Assembly (NCBI GenBank): GCA_964010795.1
Contig: CAXGMH010000002.1
Span: forward strand, 1-62,800
Length of the DNA stretch: 62,800 nt
From: an uncultured Alphaproteobacteria bacterium
GTDB lineage: Bacteria; Pseudomonadota; Alphaproteobacteria; Micavibrionales; UBA9664
Direction: 5' to 3'
Below, one piece after another: positions 18,669 through 26,868 of this stretch. The position numbers and the translations under genes are program-made. The notes under the pieces were generated by a model. The model saw nothing but the letters and a program-made list of their open reading frames with translations, had not been told where the DNA came from and ran no database searches. Each line of letters begins with the position of its first letter. Position 1 is the first letter of the stretch.

Positions 18669-19250
18669 TCAGAAACGTTTTTCAGGTTCAAGATATCGTT
18701 TTTGGATCAAAGAGTAATTGTAGTCACAAATCAATGCGATAAATCTGAGGTAAGGTGCCAGCTCTATGCGCGGATGCGCCGATTCTTGCGCAAAAACGAT
18801 TCCAAGCTCGTCTCTTATACTCTTCTTCAAGGCGCGCCCAAGGGCGTTATGAGCATAAACACGGCTATATTCCTGCCGCGACAACACAGCCCTTTCACCT
18901 TCTTTTGATAAAGAAGATGAAATAATTGATGGCCCAAGTATAGCCACAATATAATCTTGCCATTCCTGCTTATATCTATCATCCAGACGAAAAATAAACT
19001 CTTTTTCCTCTTGAGCTTGGCCTTGCTCTTGCGCGGCATTTTTAAAAGCCAGTGTCAAAGAGAAATCACGGTTGATCCGAATCGTCAAACTATTATCTGC
19101 GAAAGGCAATAAAGAAGGATCTTCTACGGCAGCTTCCAGCTGTAAGCTGGTTTCCAGATCATACACCGCGCATTGACCGTCCAGAGGTTGCGCTTCTTCT
19201 GGCTTATCAAAAGTAATCTCTATTGAGCGTATGGCATCCATAAGAAACAT
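18669..19250 (-). CDS. Hypothetical protein
   Basis: The open frame runs to 19622, but the first 124 codons overlap nrdB out of frame. I trimmed it to ATG 19250, downstream of the nrdB terminator. Confidence 0.4.
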   Translation of the reverse strand: MFLMDAIRSIEITFDKPEEAQPLDGQCAVYDLETSLQLEAAVEDPSLLPFADNSLTIRINRDFSLTLAFKNAAQEQGQAQEEKEFIFRLDDRYKQEWQDYIVAILGPSIISSSLSKEGERAVLSRQEYSRVYAHNALGRALKKSIRDELGIVFAQESAHPRIELAPYLRFIALICDYNYSLIQKRYLEPEKRF

Positions 19251-19287
19251 ATAAACAAGAGCTATACATAACGCAAATTCTTTGCGT

Positions 19288-19312
19288 GAAAAAACCCGCC
19301 GTAATGGCGGGT
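19288..19312 (-). terminator. Rho-independent terminator of nrdB
   Basis: On the minus strand: ACCCGCC ATTAC GGCGGGT followed by TTTTTC, 27 nt after the nrdB stop. Confidence 0.75.
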
Positions 19313-19338
19313 TCTTATCTATTATCTTATCTTGCCCT

Positions 19339-20463
19339 TTATTCAGCAGCTGAACCGAGACTGGCCTCAGCTTCATTCGCGGCCTTAGACTTACCGTAAT
19401 TGCCCGAGAACAGATCATCAGCAAAAACTTCTTCCCATGACCCGCGGGTCGAAGCCTTTGCATATTCTGTTGCACGGTTTTCAAAAAAGTTTGCGTGCTC
19501 CATACCGTTGAGCATCTGATCCATCCAAGGCAATGGGTTTTTCTCAACATTGAACATCGGCTCAAGATTAAGCTGTTGCAAGCGACGGTCTGCAATATAG
19601 CGGATATATTGCTTGATCTCATCAGAACTTGTTCCCTCTACCGGGCCCATCTCAAAGGCCAAGTCAACAAACGCGTCCTCATGGCTGACAATAGTTGCAC
19701 AGCATTCACGAATCTCGGATTTCAACTCGTCATCCCAGATATCTTTGTTTTCTGCGATGAACGCATTGAACAAACGGATCATAGACAAACAGTGCAAAGT
19801 CTCGTCACGTACAGACCACGTTACAATCTGTCCCATGCCCTTCATTTTGTTAAAGCGCGGGAAGTTCATAAGGATTGCAAAAGACGCAAACAGCTGTAGA
19901 CCTTCGGTAAATGCACCAAACATCGCCATAGTTTTGGCAATGTCACGACGAGAATTCATATTCGCGCCTTGCATATAGTCATATTTGTCCTTCATTTCCT
20001 TATACTCCATAAAGGCAGAGTATTCGGTCTCAGGCATTCCAATCGTATCAAGCAAATGCGAGTACGCAGCAATGTGAACCGTCTCAATATTCGAAAACGC
20101 AGAAAGCATCATTTGAACCTCAACAGGTCCAAATACCTGAGAGTAATGCTTCATATAGCAGTTATTGACCTCAACATCAGCCTGCGTAAAGAATCGGAAA
20201 ATCTGCGTCACAAGGTTCTTCTCCGCAGGAGAGAGGTTTTTACGCCAGTCGCGTACATCCTCGGCCAATGGCACTTCTTCAGGTAGCCAGTGGATACGCT
20301 GTTGAGTTAACCATGCTTCGTAGCACCAAGGATATAGGAACGGTTTGTAAACATGGCGTTCTTTCAAAAGATTCGATTTACCGAAGCTTGCGCCCTGCTC
20401 CTGCGCCTGTGCGCGCTCTTTATTACTATCTGTCTCCGAAGAGAGTGCAAAGTTGTCAGCCAT
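19339..20463 (-). CDS. nrdB: Ribonucleotide-diphosphate reductase beta subunit (class I)
   Basis: 374 aa. The ferritin-like diiron core is recognisable around FRFFTQADVEVNN and the FASFAIL...RDETLH region. AAAGGACGG lies upstream of the ATG. Confidence 0.9.
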   Translation of the reverse strand: MADNFALSSETDSNKERAQAQEQGASFGKSNLLKERHVYKPFLYPWCYEAWLTQQRIHWLPEEVPLAEDVRDWRKNLSPAEKNLVTQIFRFFTQADVEVNNCYMKHYSQVFGPVEVQMMLSAFSNIETVHIAAYSHLLDTIGMPETEYSAFMEYKEMKDKYDYMQGANMNSRRDIAKTMAMFGAFTEGLQLFASFAILMNFPRFNKMKGMGQIVTWSVRDETLHCLSMIRLFNAFIAENKDIWDDELKSEIRECCATIVSHEDAFVDLAFEMGPVEGTSSDEIKQYIRYIADRRLQQLNLEPMFNVEKNPLPWMDQMLNGMEHANFFENRATEYAKASTRGSWEEVFADDLFSGNYGKSKAANEAEASLGSAAE

Positions 20464-20589
20464 ATCTGCCGTCCTTTCGTTATTTTTCTCAAGTTTAATG
20501 TAAGGGGCTTTACCGGAATTACCAGAAAAGAATCTGTGCCGAACGTGAGTCGTTCACATGAATCTTACCTTTTCCGATTCGCTCCTATA

Positions 20590-20636
20590 GCACAATATAA
20601 AGTGTGTCATTTTTTCAAAAACACAAGATATAGTAT
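20590..20636. promoter_or_regulatory. Tandem NrdR boxes upstream of nrdB
   Basis: GCACAATATAAAGTGT (20590-20605) and ACACAAGATATAGTAT (20621-20636) each match acaCwAtATaTwGtgt at 14 of 16 positions. Their starts are 31 bp apart. Confidence 0.7.
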
Positions 20637-20674
20637 AAGCGTGCCAACCACAATCTTTCTCATATGAAAAAGAG

Positions 20675-21919
20675 TTACCGAAAATCCGGCCTGTTACTGT
20701 TAAATTCAGCGCGCTGTAAAGGCACATCAAAAGCCTCTTTATTATAAAACCTTTGCGCAATACTTTGATTTAAATCAGCCGTAAAGGCAGAATCTTCGCG
20801 AAGGCTGTTAAAAATTTCTCTGACATTCGGGTCATAAAGGTGAAAACATGGCTGAACAAAGGCCGTATATATATAAGGATTTTTCAGGCACATTGCAGGC
20901 AGGCGCTCTCCCAGCTTTTTATAAAATGCGTCAGAGAGATACTGCCCCTCCATATTTTCAGAATTCATATTCTGAACGGCAATCAAAGCCGCTATAAACT
21001 TGTTTTCATCGCCATCAAGCGCCATGGTAAGCTTCTGGCTAAGGTCAGTGCTCATATATTTTTCAAGAGCGGGCAAGAGAAAACGGTCGAGTTCTGCTTT
21101 TATGTGTTGCAGGTCCTTTTTGCCAAGGGGCGCAGACACAGGATAGGCACTGATATCCGACTTAAGGGACTCTTCCCTTAGGGTTTCCCCCCGTGCGGGG
21201 GCAGGCTTATTCGGCAATTTATAATAACCATTCCCCTCTTCGTCATGGCCGGTGATTTTCAAGCTATAGCACCCTTTTGCATCCGGAACGGCCAAAACAC
21301 CGACGCGAATCGTACCCAGATATGGCCGAGTATCAACAAAGACAGGTCCGGGCCTTATCACCTCTTGCACAACAGCATTGGAAATCGCCATAGAGCCATA
21401 TGAGAAAGGCCCCAAATTTCTATGCATTCTCAAAAGAATATTTAACTGCGCCGGACTGGCTGTAAGCATAAGGTCTGAAAGCGCTATTAAAAAAACCTCC
21501 ATGCCCGCTCGGCCGGTCGATCCTTTAACAATAACATCACTCGTTCCTTTAAAATCATCCTGTATTTTGGAGCCTTGTTCCTCACCTGGGCAAACGGCAT
21601 ATGCGCGGGTCTTTGGCAATAAAGGACGCAACTCATCGGGAATAAATGCATCAAAGACATATTTGCTCTCAAGCATCAGAGCGAAAAGGTAATCACGATT
21701 GAGTGCATCGAGTATAATGCCGTGCTTTTCAATGAATGCGTCTTCCAAATTATATTTATAGTTTTGCCCATAAGCACGGTCATATCCAGTAAAGCCGGAT
21801 GCAAAGCCGTCATTAAGCTCTAGGATACGCACATCATTATCTTCGGTCAGCATCAGGTCAACCGTGAAATATAACGGCTTACCTCGCCCGGATTTCTGTG
21901 TCATTGCATTTATAACCAT
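20675..21919 (-). CDS. Hypothetical protein with ATP-grasp/TTL-like motifs in unusual order
   Basis: 414 aa. FTVDLMLTEDNDVRILELNDG (an ExN-type motif) lies at the N-terminus. DVIVKGSTGRAGMEVFLI and AVVQEVIRPG...DTRPYLGTIRVGVLAV follow, then a helical tail of about 130 aa. Confidence 0.45.
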   Translation of the reverse strand: MVINAMTQKSGRGKPLYFTVDLMLTEDNDVRILELNDGFASGFTGYDRAYGQNYKYNLEDAFIEKHGIILDALNRDYLFALMLESKYVFDAFIPDELRPLLPKTRAYAVCPGEEQGSKIQDDFKGTSDVIVKGSTGRAGMEVFLIALSDLMLTASPAQLNILLRMHRNLGPFSYGSMAISNAVVQEVIRPGPVFVDTRPYLGTIRVGVLAVPDAKGCYSLKITGHDEEGNGYYKLPNKPAPARGETLREESLKSDISAYPVSAPLGKKDLQHIKAELDRFLLPALEKYMSTDLSQKLTMALDGDENKFIAALIAVQNMNSENMEGQYLSDAFYKKLGERLPAMCLKNPYIYTAFVQPCFHLYDPNVREIFNSLREDSAFTADLNQSIAQRFYNKEAFDVPLQRAEFNSNRPDFR

Positions 21920-21925
21920 AAACCA

Positions 21926-21954
21926 TAACTACACCGCAGAAATAATTATGTCTA
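21926..21954 (-). promoter_or_regulatory. Candidate promoter placed at leaderless distance from ATG 21919
   Basis: On the minus strand: TAGACA (21954-21949), N17, TAGTTA, 6 nt, then ATG. No Shine-Dalgarno sequence is present. Confidence 0.35.
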
Positions 21955-22022
21955 TTTTTTTCTTGCATTGCCCCACATTATTTGTTATACATAATAAAAA
22001 TACACTTTATGGAGATTTAAAA

Positions 22023-22571
22023 ATGATTGCGGCAGAGGCTTTAAAACAAAAACTACAAGAAAATAAAACAGCTGAAGAAGCTCGGGCTGAGAAAGCCAGA
22101 GGTCAAGAGTATGCTTTACAACTGGTTGAACATTTTCAAGAGGCTGCTTCTGGCATTAATGCCATTGCTGGAGCATATCTTGACGTTCAAAAAGTCGGCA
22201 CGTGTAAGGATGGAGACGAATACGTTATTGGCGTAAACTTCAGCGATCCCGAAGAAAAAGAACAGCGAACACGCCATAGAAAAGAAGGGTATGATGCCTA
22301 TTACGTTGTATCAGCCAAAGGCATACAAAAAGTATCAATGGTTGGATTTTTCGACACAGAAATAGACACAAACCATGATCGTCTAGACTATGGCAATAGC
22401 TATATACATAAAAGATCAGAAGTCATGACATACAAGGAATTCATGGATGACATTGCAACAGTCGCGGCTAGAAGCCTGGATACCAGCGATACAGAACAAG
22501 CCGTGCAGAATGCTGCTCAAATCGATAAAATCGTAGAACGCTCTGTCAAAAGTGCGCCCAAGATGGGCTAG
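22023..22571 (+). CDS. Hypothetical protein
   Basis: 182 aa. GGAG lies 8 nt upstream of ATG 22023, and TTGCAT-N17-TATACA lies upstream of that. I trimmed the start from 21864. Confidence 0.5.
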   Translation: MIAAEALKQKLQENKTAEEARAEKARGQEYALQLVEHFQEAASGINAIAGAYLDVQKVGTCKDGDEYVIGVNFSDPEEKEQRTRHRKEGYDAYYVVSAKGIQKVSMVGFFDTEIDTNHDRLDYGNSYIHKRSEVMTYKEFMDDIATVAARSLDTSDTEQAVQNAAQIDKIVERSVKSAPKMG

Positions 22572-22600
22572 GCTCTAAATAGCGCAGATATAAGAACAAC

Positions 22601-22631
22601 AAAAAACCCGGCAAGCTTAGCCGGGTTTTTT
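22601..22631. terminator. Bidirectional rho-independent terminator
   Basis: AAAAAA CCCGGC AAGCTTA GCCGGG TTTTTT, between convergent stops at 22571 and 22654. Confidence 0.8.
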
Positions 22632-22653
22632 AATTCTTTTTAGTATCAGATTA

Positions 22654-24480
22654 TTACTGACAGCTGAGGCATTCCTCATATTTAGCCGGCTCTTCTGCCA
22701 CTGGCTGGCCTTCTTTCGAACGCTTCCAGCTGGCATCTGATTCAGCACGCTGAATTGAGCGAGAACGGCAGTAATACAAGCTCTTCACACCCCTCTTCCA
22801 TGCCATGTAGTGAATCTGGTGCAGGTCTTTCTTGTGAACATCCGCAGGAAGGAAGATGTTCAAAGACTGTGCCTGACAGATAAATGGCGTACGGTCAGCG
22901 GCGTGCTCGATCAACCAGCGCTGATCCATCTCAAATGATGTCTTGAACACATCCTTTTCATCTTGGGTCAGGAAATCAAGATGCTGGACAGAGCCTTCAT
23001 TTGTGTAGATAGAGCTCCACACATCTTCCTGCTCTTCCTCGGTCATCCCCTTATCATCCATAAGCTGTTGGAAGTAACGGTTCTTCACACCGAAAGACCC
23101 AGATAGCGTTTTATGAGTGTAGGCATTGGCCGCGATTGGCTCGATCCCCGGAGATGCACCGCCACAAATAATAGAGATAGAGGCTGTTGGTGCGATTGCC
23201 ATTTTATTGGAGAAACGCTCCATGCGGCCATAATCCGCAGCATCCGGGCAAGGGCCACGCTCATGCGCAAGCTTGACAGAGGCATCATCTGCCTGACGCT
23301 TGATCTGTTGGAACATACGACGGTTCCAGACCTTCGCCATCACTGATTCCATCGGGATCATTTTTGACTGTAGGAAAGAGTGGAAGCCCATCACACCCAA
23401 GCCAACAGAGCGCTCGCGCATGGCAGAGTATTTTGCCTTTTTGAAGTTGTCCGGCGCTTTGTTGATAAAGTCTTCCAAGACATTATCAAGCATCCGCATC
23501 ACATCTTCGATAAAGGTCGGGTGGTCTTGCCACTCATCGAATTTTTCGAGGTTTAGAGATGAAAGACAGCAAACAGCCGTTCTATCCTTACCATCCTGAT
23601 CGATTCCTGTCGGCAATGTGATTTCAGAACACAAATTAGATGTCTTAACCGACAGACCTGCCATTTTGTGGTGTTCAGGGATCGCACGGTTAACATGATC
23701 GATATAGATGATGTAAGGCTCACCTGTTTCAACGCGCGCTGTAAGCAAACGAATCCACAGATCACGCGCCTTCACTTTATCAATCACAGAGTTATCATAA
23801 GGCGAACGCAAAGCCCATTCATCATCAGTTTCAACCGCACGCATGAAAGAGTCTGTAACCAGAACACCGTGGTGCAGGTTCAACGCCTTACGGTTATGGT
23901 CACCGCCTGTCGGACGACGCAGCTCAATAAACTCTTCAATTTCCGGGTGCCAGATCGGCAAGTATACAGCCGCAGAACCGCGACGCAAAGATCCTTGGGA
24001 AATCGCCAAAGTCAAAGAGTCCATAACACGGATAAACGGAATAATACCCGATGTTTTACCGTTGCGACCAACTTTCTCGCCGATTGAACGAATATTGCCC
24101 CAATAAGAGCCAATCCCGCCACCACGAGCCGCCAACCAGATATTTTCATCCCAAAGACCGGCAATGCCGTCAAGGCTATCTTGTGATTCGTTCAAGAAAC
24201 ATGAGATCGGTAAGCCACGATCCGTACCGCCATTAGAAAGCACAGGAGTCGCAGGCATAAACCACAAATTTGAAATGTAATCATAAAGGCGCTGCGCATG
24301 AGCATCATCGTCACCATAGTAACGAGCGACACGTGCGAAAAGATCTTGATACTGCTCATCCGGCATCAGATAACGATCGGTCAGAGTCGCCTTACCGAAT
24401 TCGGTCAAATTCTCATCACGAGCATTATCAATTTTAATACGGGGGCCGACATCACTTTGTCGCACGTTATTATCGAACAT
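22654..24480 (-). CDS. nrdA: Ribonucleotide-diphosphate reductase alpha subunit (short form without a long N-terminal ATP-cone region)
   Basis: 608 aa. Contains NLCSEI (active-site Cys/Glu), the PTASIS region, and a C-terminal CLSCQ redox pair. AAGGAG lies upstream of the ATG. Confidence 0.9.
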   Translation of the reverse strand: MFDNNVRQSDVGPRIKIDNARDENLTEFGKATLTDRYLMPDEQYQDLFARVARYYGDDDAHAQRLYDYISNLWFMPATPVLSNGGTDRGLPISCFLNESQDSLDGIAGLWDENIWLAARGGGIGSYWGNIRSIGEKVGRNGKTSGIIPFIRVMDSLTLAISQGSLRRGSAAVYLPIWHPEIEEFIELRRPTGGDHNRKALNLHHGVLVTDSFMRAVETDDEWALRSPYDNSVIDKVKARDLWIRLLTARVETGEPYIIYIDHVNRAIPEHHKMAGLSVKTSNLCSEITLPTGIDQDGKDRTAVCCLSSLNLEKFDEWQDHPTFIEDVMRMLDNVLEDFINKAPDNFKKAKYSAMRERSVGLGVMGFHSFLQSKMIPMESVMAKVWNRRMFQQIKRQADDASVKLAHERGPCPDAADYGRMERFSNKMAIAPTASISIICGGASPGIEPIAANAYTHKTLSGSFGVKNRYFQQLMDDKGMTEEEQEDVWSSIYTNEGSVQHLDFLTQDEKDVFKTSFEMDQRWLIEHAADRTPFICQAQSLNIFLPADVHKKDLHQIHYMAWKRGVKSLYYCRSRSIQRAESDASWKRSKEGQPVAEEPAKYEECLSCQ

Positions 24481-24572
24481 GGCGCAAACTCCTTTGTCCT
24501 AACTTTGAAATAAAGTAGGATTTTTTTGTTATTTTTTACCGTGAACACGAAAAGATGTTCTTTGGAAGATAA

Positions 24573-24620
24573 ACACAAGATCATGTCGTGCTTACATCTT
24601 CATGCTACTACATCTTGTGG
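24573..24620. promoter_or_regulatory. Tandem NrdR-like boxes upstream of nrdA
   Basis: ACACAAGATCATGTCG (24573-24588, about 11 of 16) and CTACTACATCTTGTGG (24605-24620, about 11 of 16). Their starts are 32 bp apart. Confidence 0.5.
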
Positions 24621-24863
24621 TCAGCGCAATAGGAATAAATTGATATCACAGCTTATACACAGTAGGAAAAACTGTCTGTATCCGAGAAAAAAAAACGATT
24701 CGCACGCGACAAAACTACGCTGAAAATTTTCCTGAATAATTTTAAAAAATACCTATATACAGTTATTTGCCGTAAGCAAACCTCAACATATTGTGCCAAG
24801 ATGACATATTATGACCACCAACGAGTGCTTTTTTGCGAATCAAATGCAATTGATTCGAAACAA

Positions 24864-25871
24864 CTACCGCGCAGGAATGGTCAAGCTAGCGACAAGCCGT
24901 GCTTCTCTTGACGAAACCTGATACTTCTCTCTGAGCTTCTCAACATGAGATTGCGGACCAAGCACACCCGACTGCGCCGCATCATTGAACATTCCATCAA
25001 AATCAATATGTCCGTATTTGGAATAGAGCCTGATTGCCGTTTCAGCAAACAAAGGCCCATGCCCGTCTACTCCGACGACCCTTCCTTTTTTCGCCGCCAT
25101 GTCTAATGCTTGGCAATGGTCGATGTAATGCGCCAATTCATGAAGCAGAACATTCGTATCGGCAAAATTAGGTTCGATATATATTTCCTGAGAAGATGTG
25201 CTATAGAATGCGCACACCTCACCTGGTATGTTTTTAATCTTGATTTCAATCGGCTCGACGCCTTCTTCTTCACAAATCTTATCTGAAAAACTGCGCAGAT
25301 CCTCTTCAGTTGGAAGCAGGTCACCCTGTCTTTGAGCAACAGCAATCATTTGGATGGCTGTCAGGTAATCATTCTCAAACCTATACCATTTCTTTTCTTG
25401 CAGATCATGAAGGAAAGCATCTGCATTAGCAGAGCGCGCATTAACAATTTCATTAAGAATATTGTTGATGTCTTTTTTCAATGCCCATTGAACGCCCCAT
25501 GCTGCTATAGGCAAACTTACGAGAGGAATAAGGAAACCAAGAATATCGAACTGAATACGATCCGCGAGAGCGTCCCCGACAAAAAAACTGGCCAAGAAAA
25601 CGGACGCTGCGGCACCGCGGATCACATTTTCCTTTCCACGCATAAGAATATGCAGATGGGCGCTACTCAAGTATTTAGCATCATCAACAAATTTACGCGC
25701 AGCGCAAGCTCTGAGAAAGGTTTTAGTCAAGGACTTCTCTGGCGCATGGCGCGGCGTAACTTTCAATCTGGTGGTGCCGAATCGCCCATGAGAGAGCAAG
25801 AAACTGTGATCCGAATGCGGAGAATAGCTCTCTTCAATTAAAAGCCCGTTACTATCTTTTTGATTAGCCAT
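24864..25871 (-). CDS. Membrane-associated SprT-like zinc metalloprotease-domain protein (paralogue 1)
   Basis: 335 aa. A central hydrophobic pair of helices (ASVFLASFFVG...LGFLIPLVSLPIAAWGV) is followed by LLHELAHY ... GHGPLFAET. Confidence 0.55.
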   Translation of the reverse strand: MANQKDSNGLLIEESYSPHSDHSFLLSHGRFGTTRLKVTPRHAPEKSLTKTFLRACAARKFVDDAKYLSSAHLHILMRGKENVIRGAAASVFLASFFVGDALADRIQFDILGFLIPLVSLPIAAWGVQWALKKDINNILNEIVNARSANADAFLHDLQEKKWYRFENDYLTAIQMIAVAQRQGDLLPTEEDLRSFSDKICEEEGVEPIEIKIKNIPGEVCAFYSTSSQEIYIEPNFADTNVLLHELAHYIDHCQALDMAAKKGRVVGVDGHGPLFAETAIRLYSKYGHIDFDGMFNDAAQSGVLGPQSHVEKLREKYQVSSREARLVASLTIPAR

Positions 25872-25877
25872 GCCCCT

Positions 25878-25907
25878 CTTATAAACAAAGACACAAAGTT
25901 ATGTCAA
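25878..25907 (-). promoter_or_regulatory. Candidate promoter for 24864..25871
   Basis: On the minus strand: TTGACA (25907-25902), N18, TATAAG (25883-25878), 6 nt, then ATG 25871. The -35, spacer and -10 are the same as in the rRNA promoter candidate. Confidence 0.4.
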
Positions 25908-25916
25908 CAAAAAGGG

Positions 25917-26831
25917 TCAATGCGGGGCTTTATAAGCAACAAAGGAGTCGGATCGGTCACGATATAATTGATATTTCTTGCGAAGCTCGCAAACATGGCT
26001 TTGCGGGCCAAGCAGCCCGCGCTCAACCGCCGAATCGAACAGATAGTCAAAATTAACACCACCATAACGGGAATACAGCGTAACAAGCGTTTCAACAAAC
26101 AAAGGCCCATGCCCATAATAGGCATAATCTCTTCCTCTATTCTCACGAGACAGGCGCTCTATTGTGAAATAATGCGCCAACTCATGCAAAAGCATATCAA
26201 GCCGCTCGGCATCAGGGCCTAACATAATACGTTTTTCATTTGCGCTATACGCTCCCACTGTTCTCGGCAGGCTGGGCTCGGCCATAACCGGGATCGGTTC
26301 AAAGCCTTGCTCACGGCATATTTGATCGGAGCGTTGCTGAAGCAGACCTAAATCACCTTGCTCCCTCTTCAAAACATCTTGATTTTTAAGATATATCAAA
26401 TGAGCAGACACACGATCAAAAAGATAAACCTTTAAACGAAAAGGGTCATAAAGATCGGCAAAAGCTGCGCCATTCTCTTCCTCTCCGGTTAAGAATAACT
26501 TTTTACACCAATATGCAATCGCCGAAGAAAGTATAAATTTAGACAACATAGGGACAGCCCTAAAAGGAGCCATGAGCCTCTCTACTTTCTTTGCCGTTAT
26601 CCTTAAATGAGCATCATAAGACGTTAAGTATTTTAACGTCTTATAAAAATCTATGGCCTGCGCTGAAGAGTTAAAGCGGATGGAAAGCCCTCCACGCGAC
26701 CAGGCTCGAGGTCGCAATGTGAGTTTTGAGCCGCCAAACACAGAGGGTTTCATAGTAAAATATGAATCAGAGTATGGCGAGTACCATATTTCGCCTGAAT
26801 TTCCCTTGGACGCACATTGATTAAAAACCAT
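25917..26831 (-). CDS. SprT-like zinc metalloprotease-domain protein (paralogue 2)
   Basis: 304 aa. It contains LLHELAHY ... GHGPLFVET and aligns with paralogue 1 at both the N-terminus (YSPYSD...KLTLRPR) and the C-terminus (LLGPQSHV.ELRKKYQ). Confidence 0.55.
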   Translation of the reverse strand: MVFNQCASKGNSGEIWYSPYSDSYFTMKPSVFGGSKLTLRPRAWSRGGLSIRFNSSAQAIDFYKTLKYLTSYDAHLRITAKKVERLMAPFRAVPMLSKFILSSAIAYWCKKLFLTGEEENGAAFADLYDPFRLKVYLFDRVSAHLIYLKNQDVLKREQGDLGLLQQRSDQICREQGFEPIPVMAEPSLPRTVGAYSANEKRIMLGPDAERLDMLLHELAHYFTIERLSRENRGRDYAYYGHGPLFVETLVTLYSRYGGVNFDYLFDSAVERGLLGPQSHVCELRKKYQLYRDRSDSFVAYKAPH

Positions 26832-26837
26832 AAGACA

Positions 26838-26868
26838 GTAGATACGTCATTAACGTAGTTTATGTCTA
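26838..26868 (-). promoter_or_regulatory. Candidate promoter for 25917..26831
   Basis: On the minus strand: TAGACA (26868-26863), N18, TATCTA, 7 nt, then ATG 26831. No Shine-Dalgarno sequence is present. It overlaps the stop codon of the upstream SDR gene. Confidence 0.3.

Noticed and set aside
19251-19622. An N-terminal 124-codon extension of the 18669..19622 ORF.
   Set aside because: It overlaps the 3' end of nrdB in another frame and spans the nrdB terminator. I kept only the part downstream of ATG 19250, with low confidence.
21864-22022. An N-terminal extension of the 22023..22571 gene, and similar extensions at 36552..37322, 39472, 41859, 42918, 47679, 13665 and 2719.
   Set aside because: The extensions overlap neighbouring genes or promoters and lack ribosome-binding sites. 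Internal ATGs with GGAG-type sites, or family-typical N-termini, fit better.
24836-24857. The hairpin CGAATCAAATGCAATTGATTCG downstream of 24864..25871, considered as a terminator.
   Set aside because: In the direction of transcription (minus strand) the stem is followed by an A-run, not a T-run. It is not a canonical intrinsic terminator.
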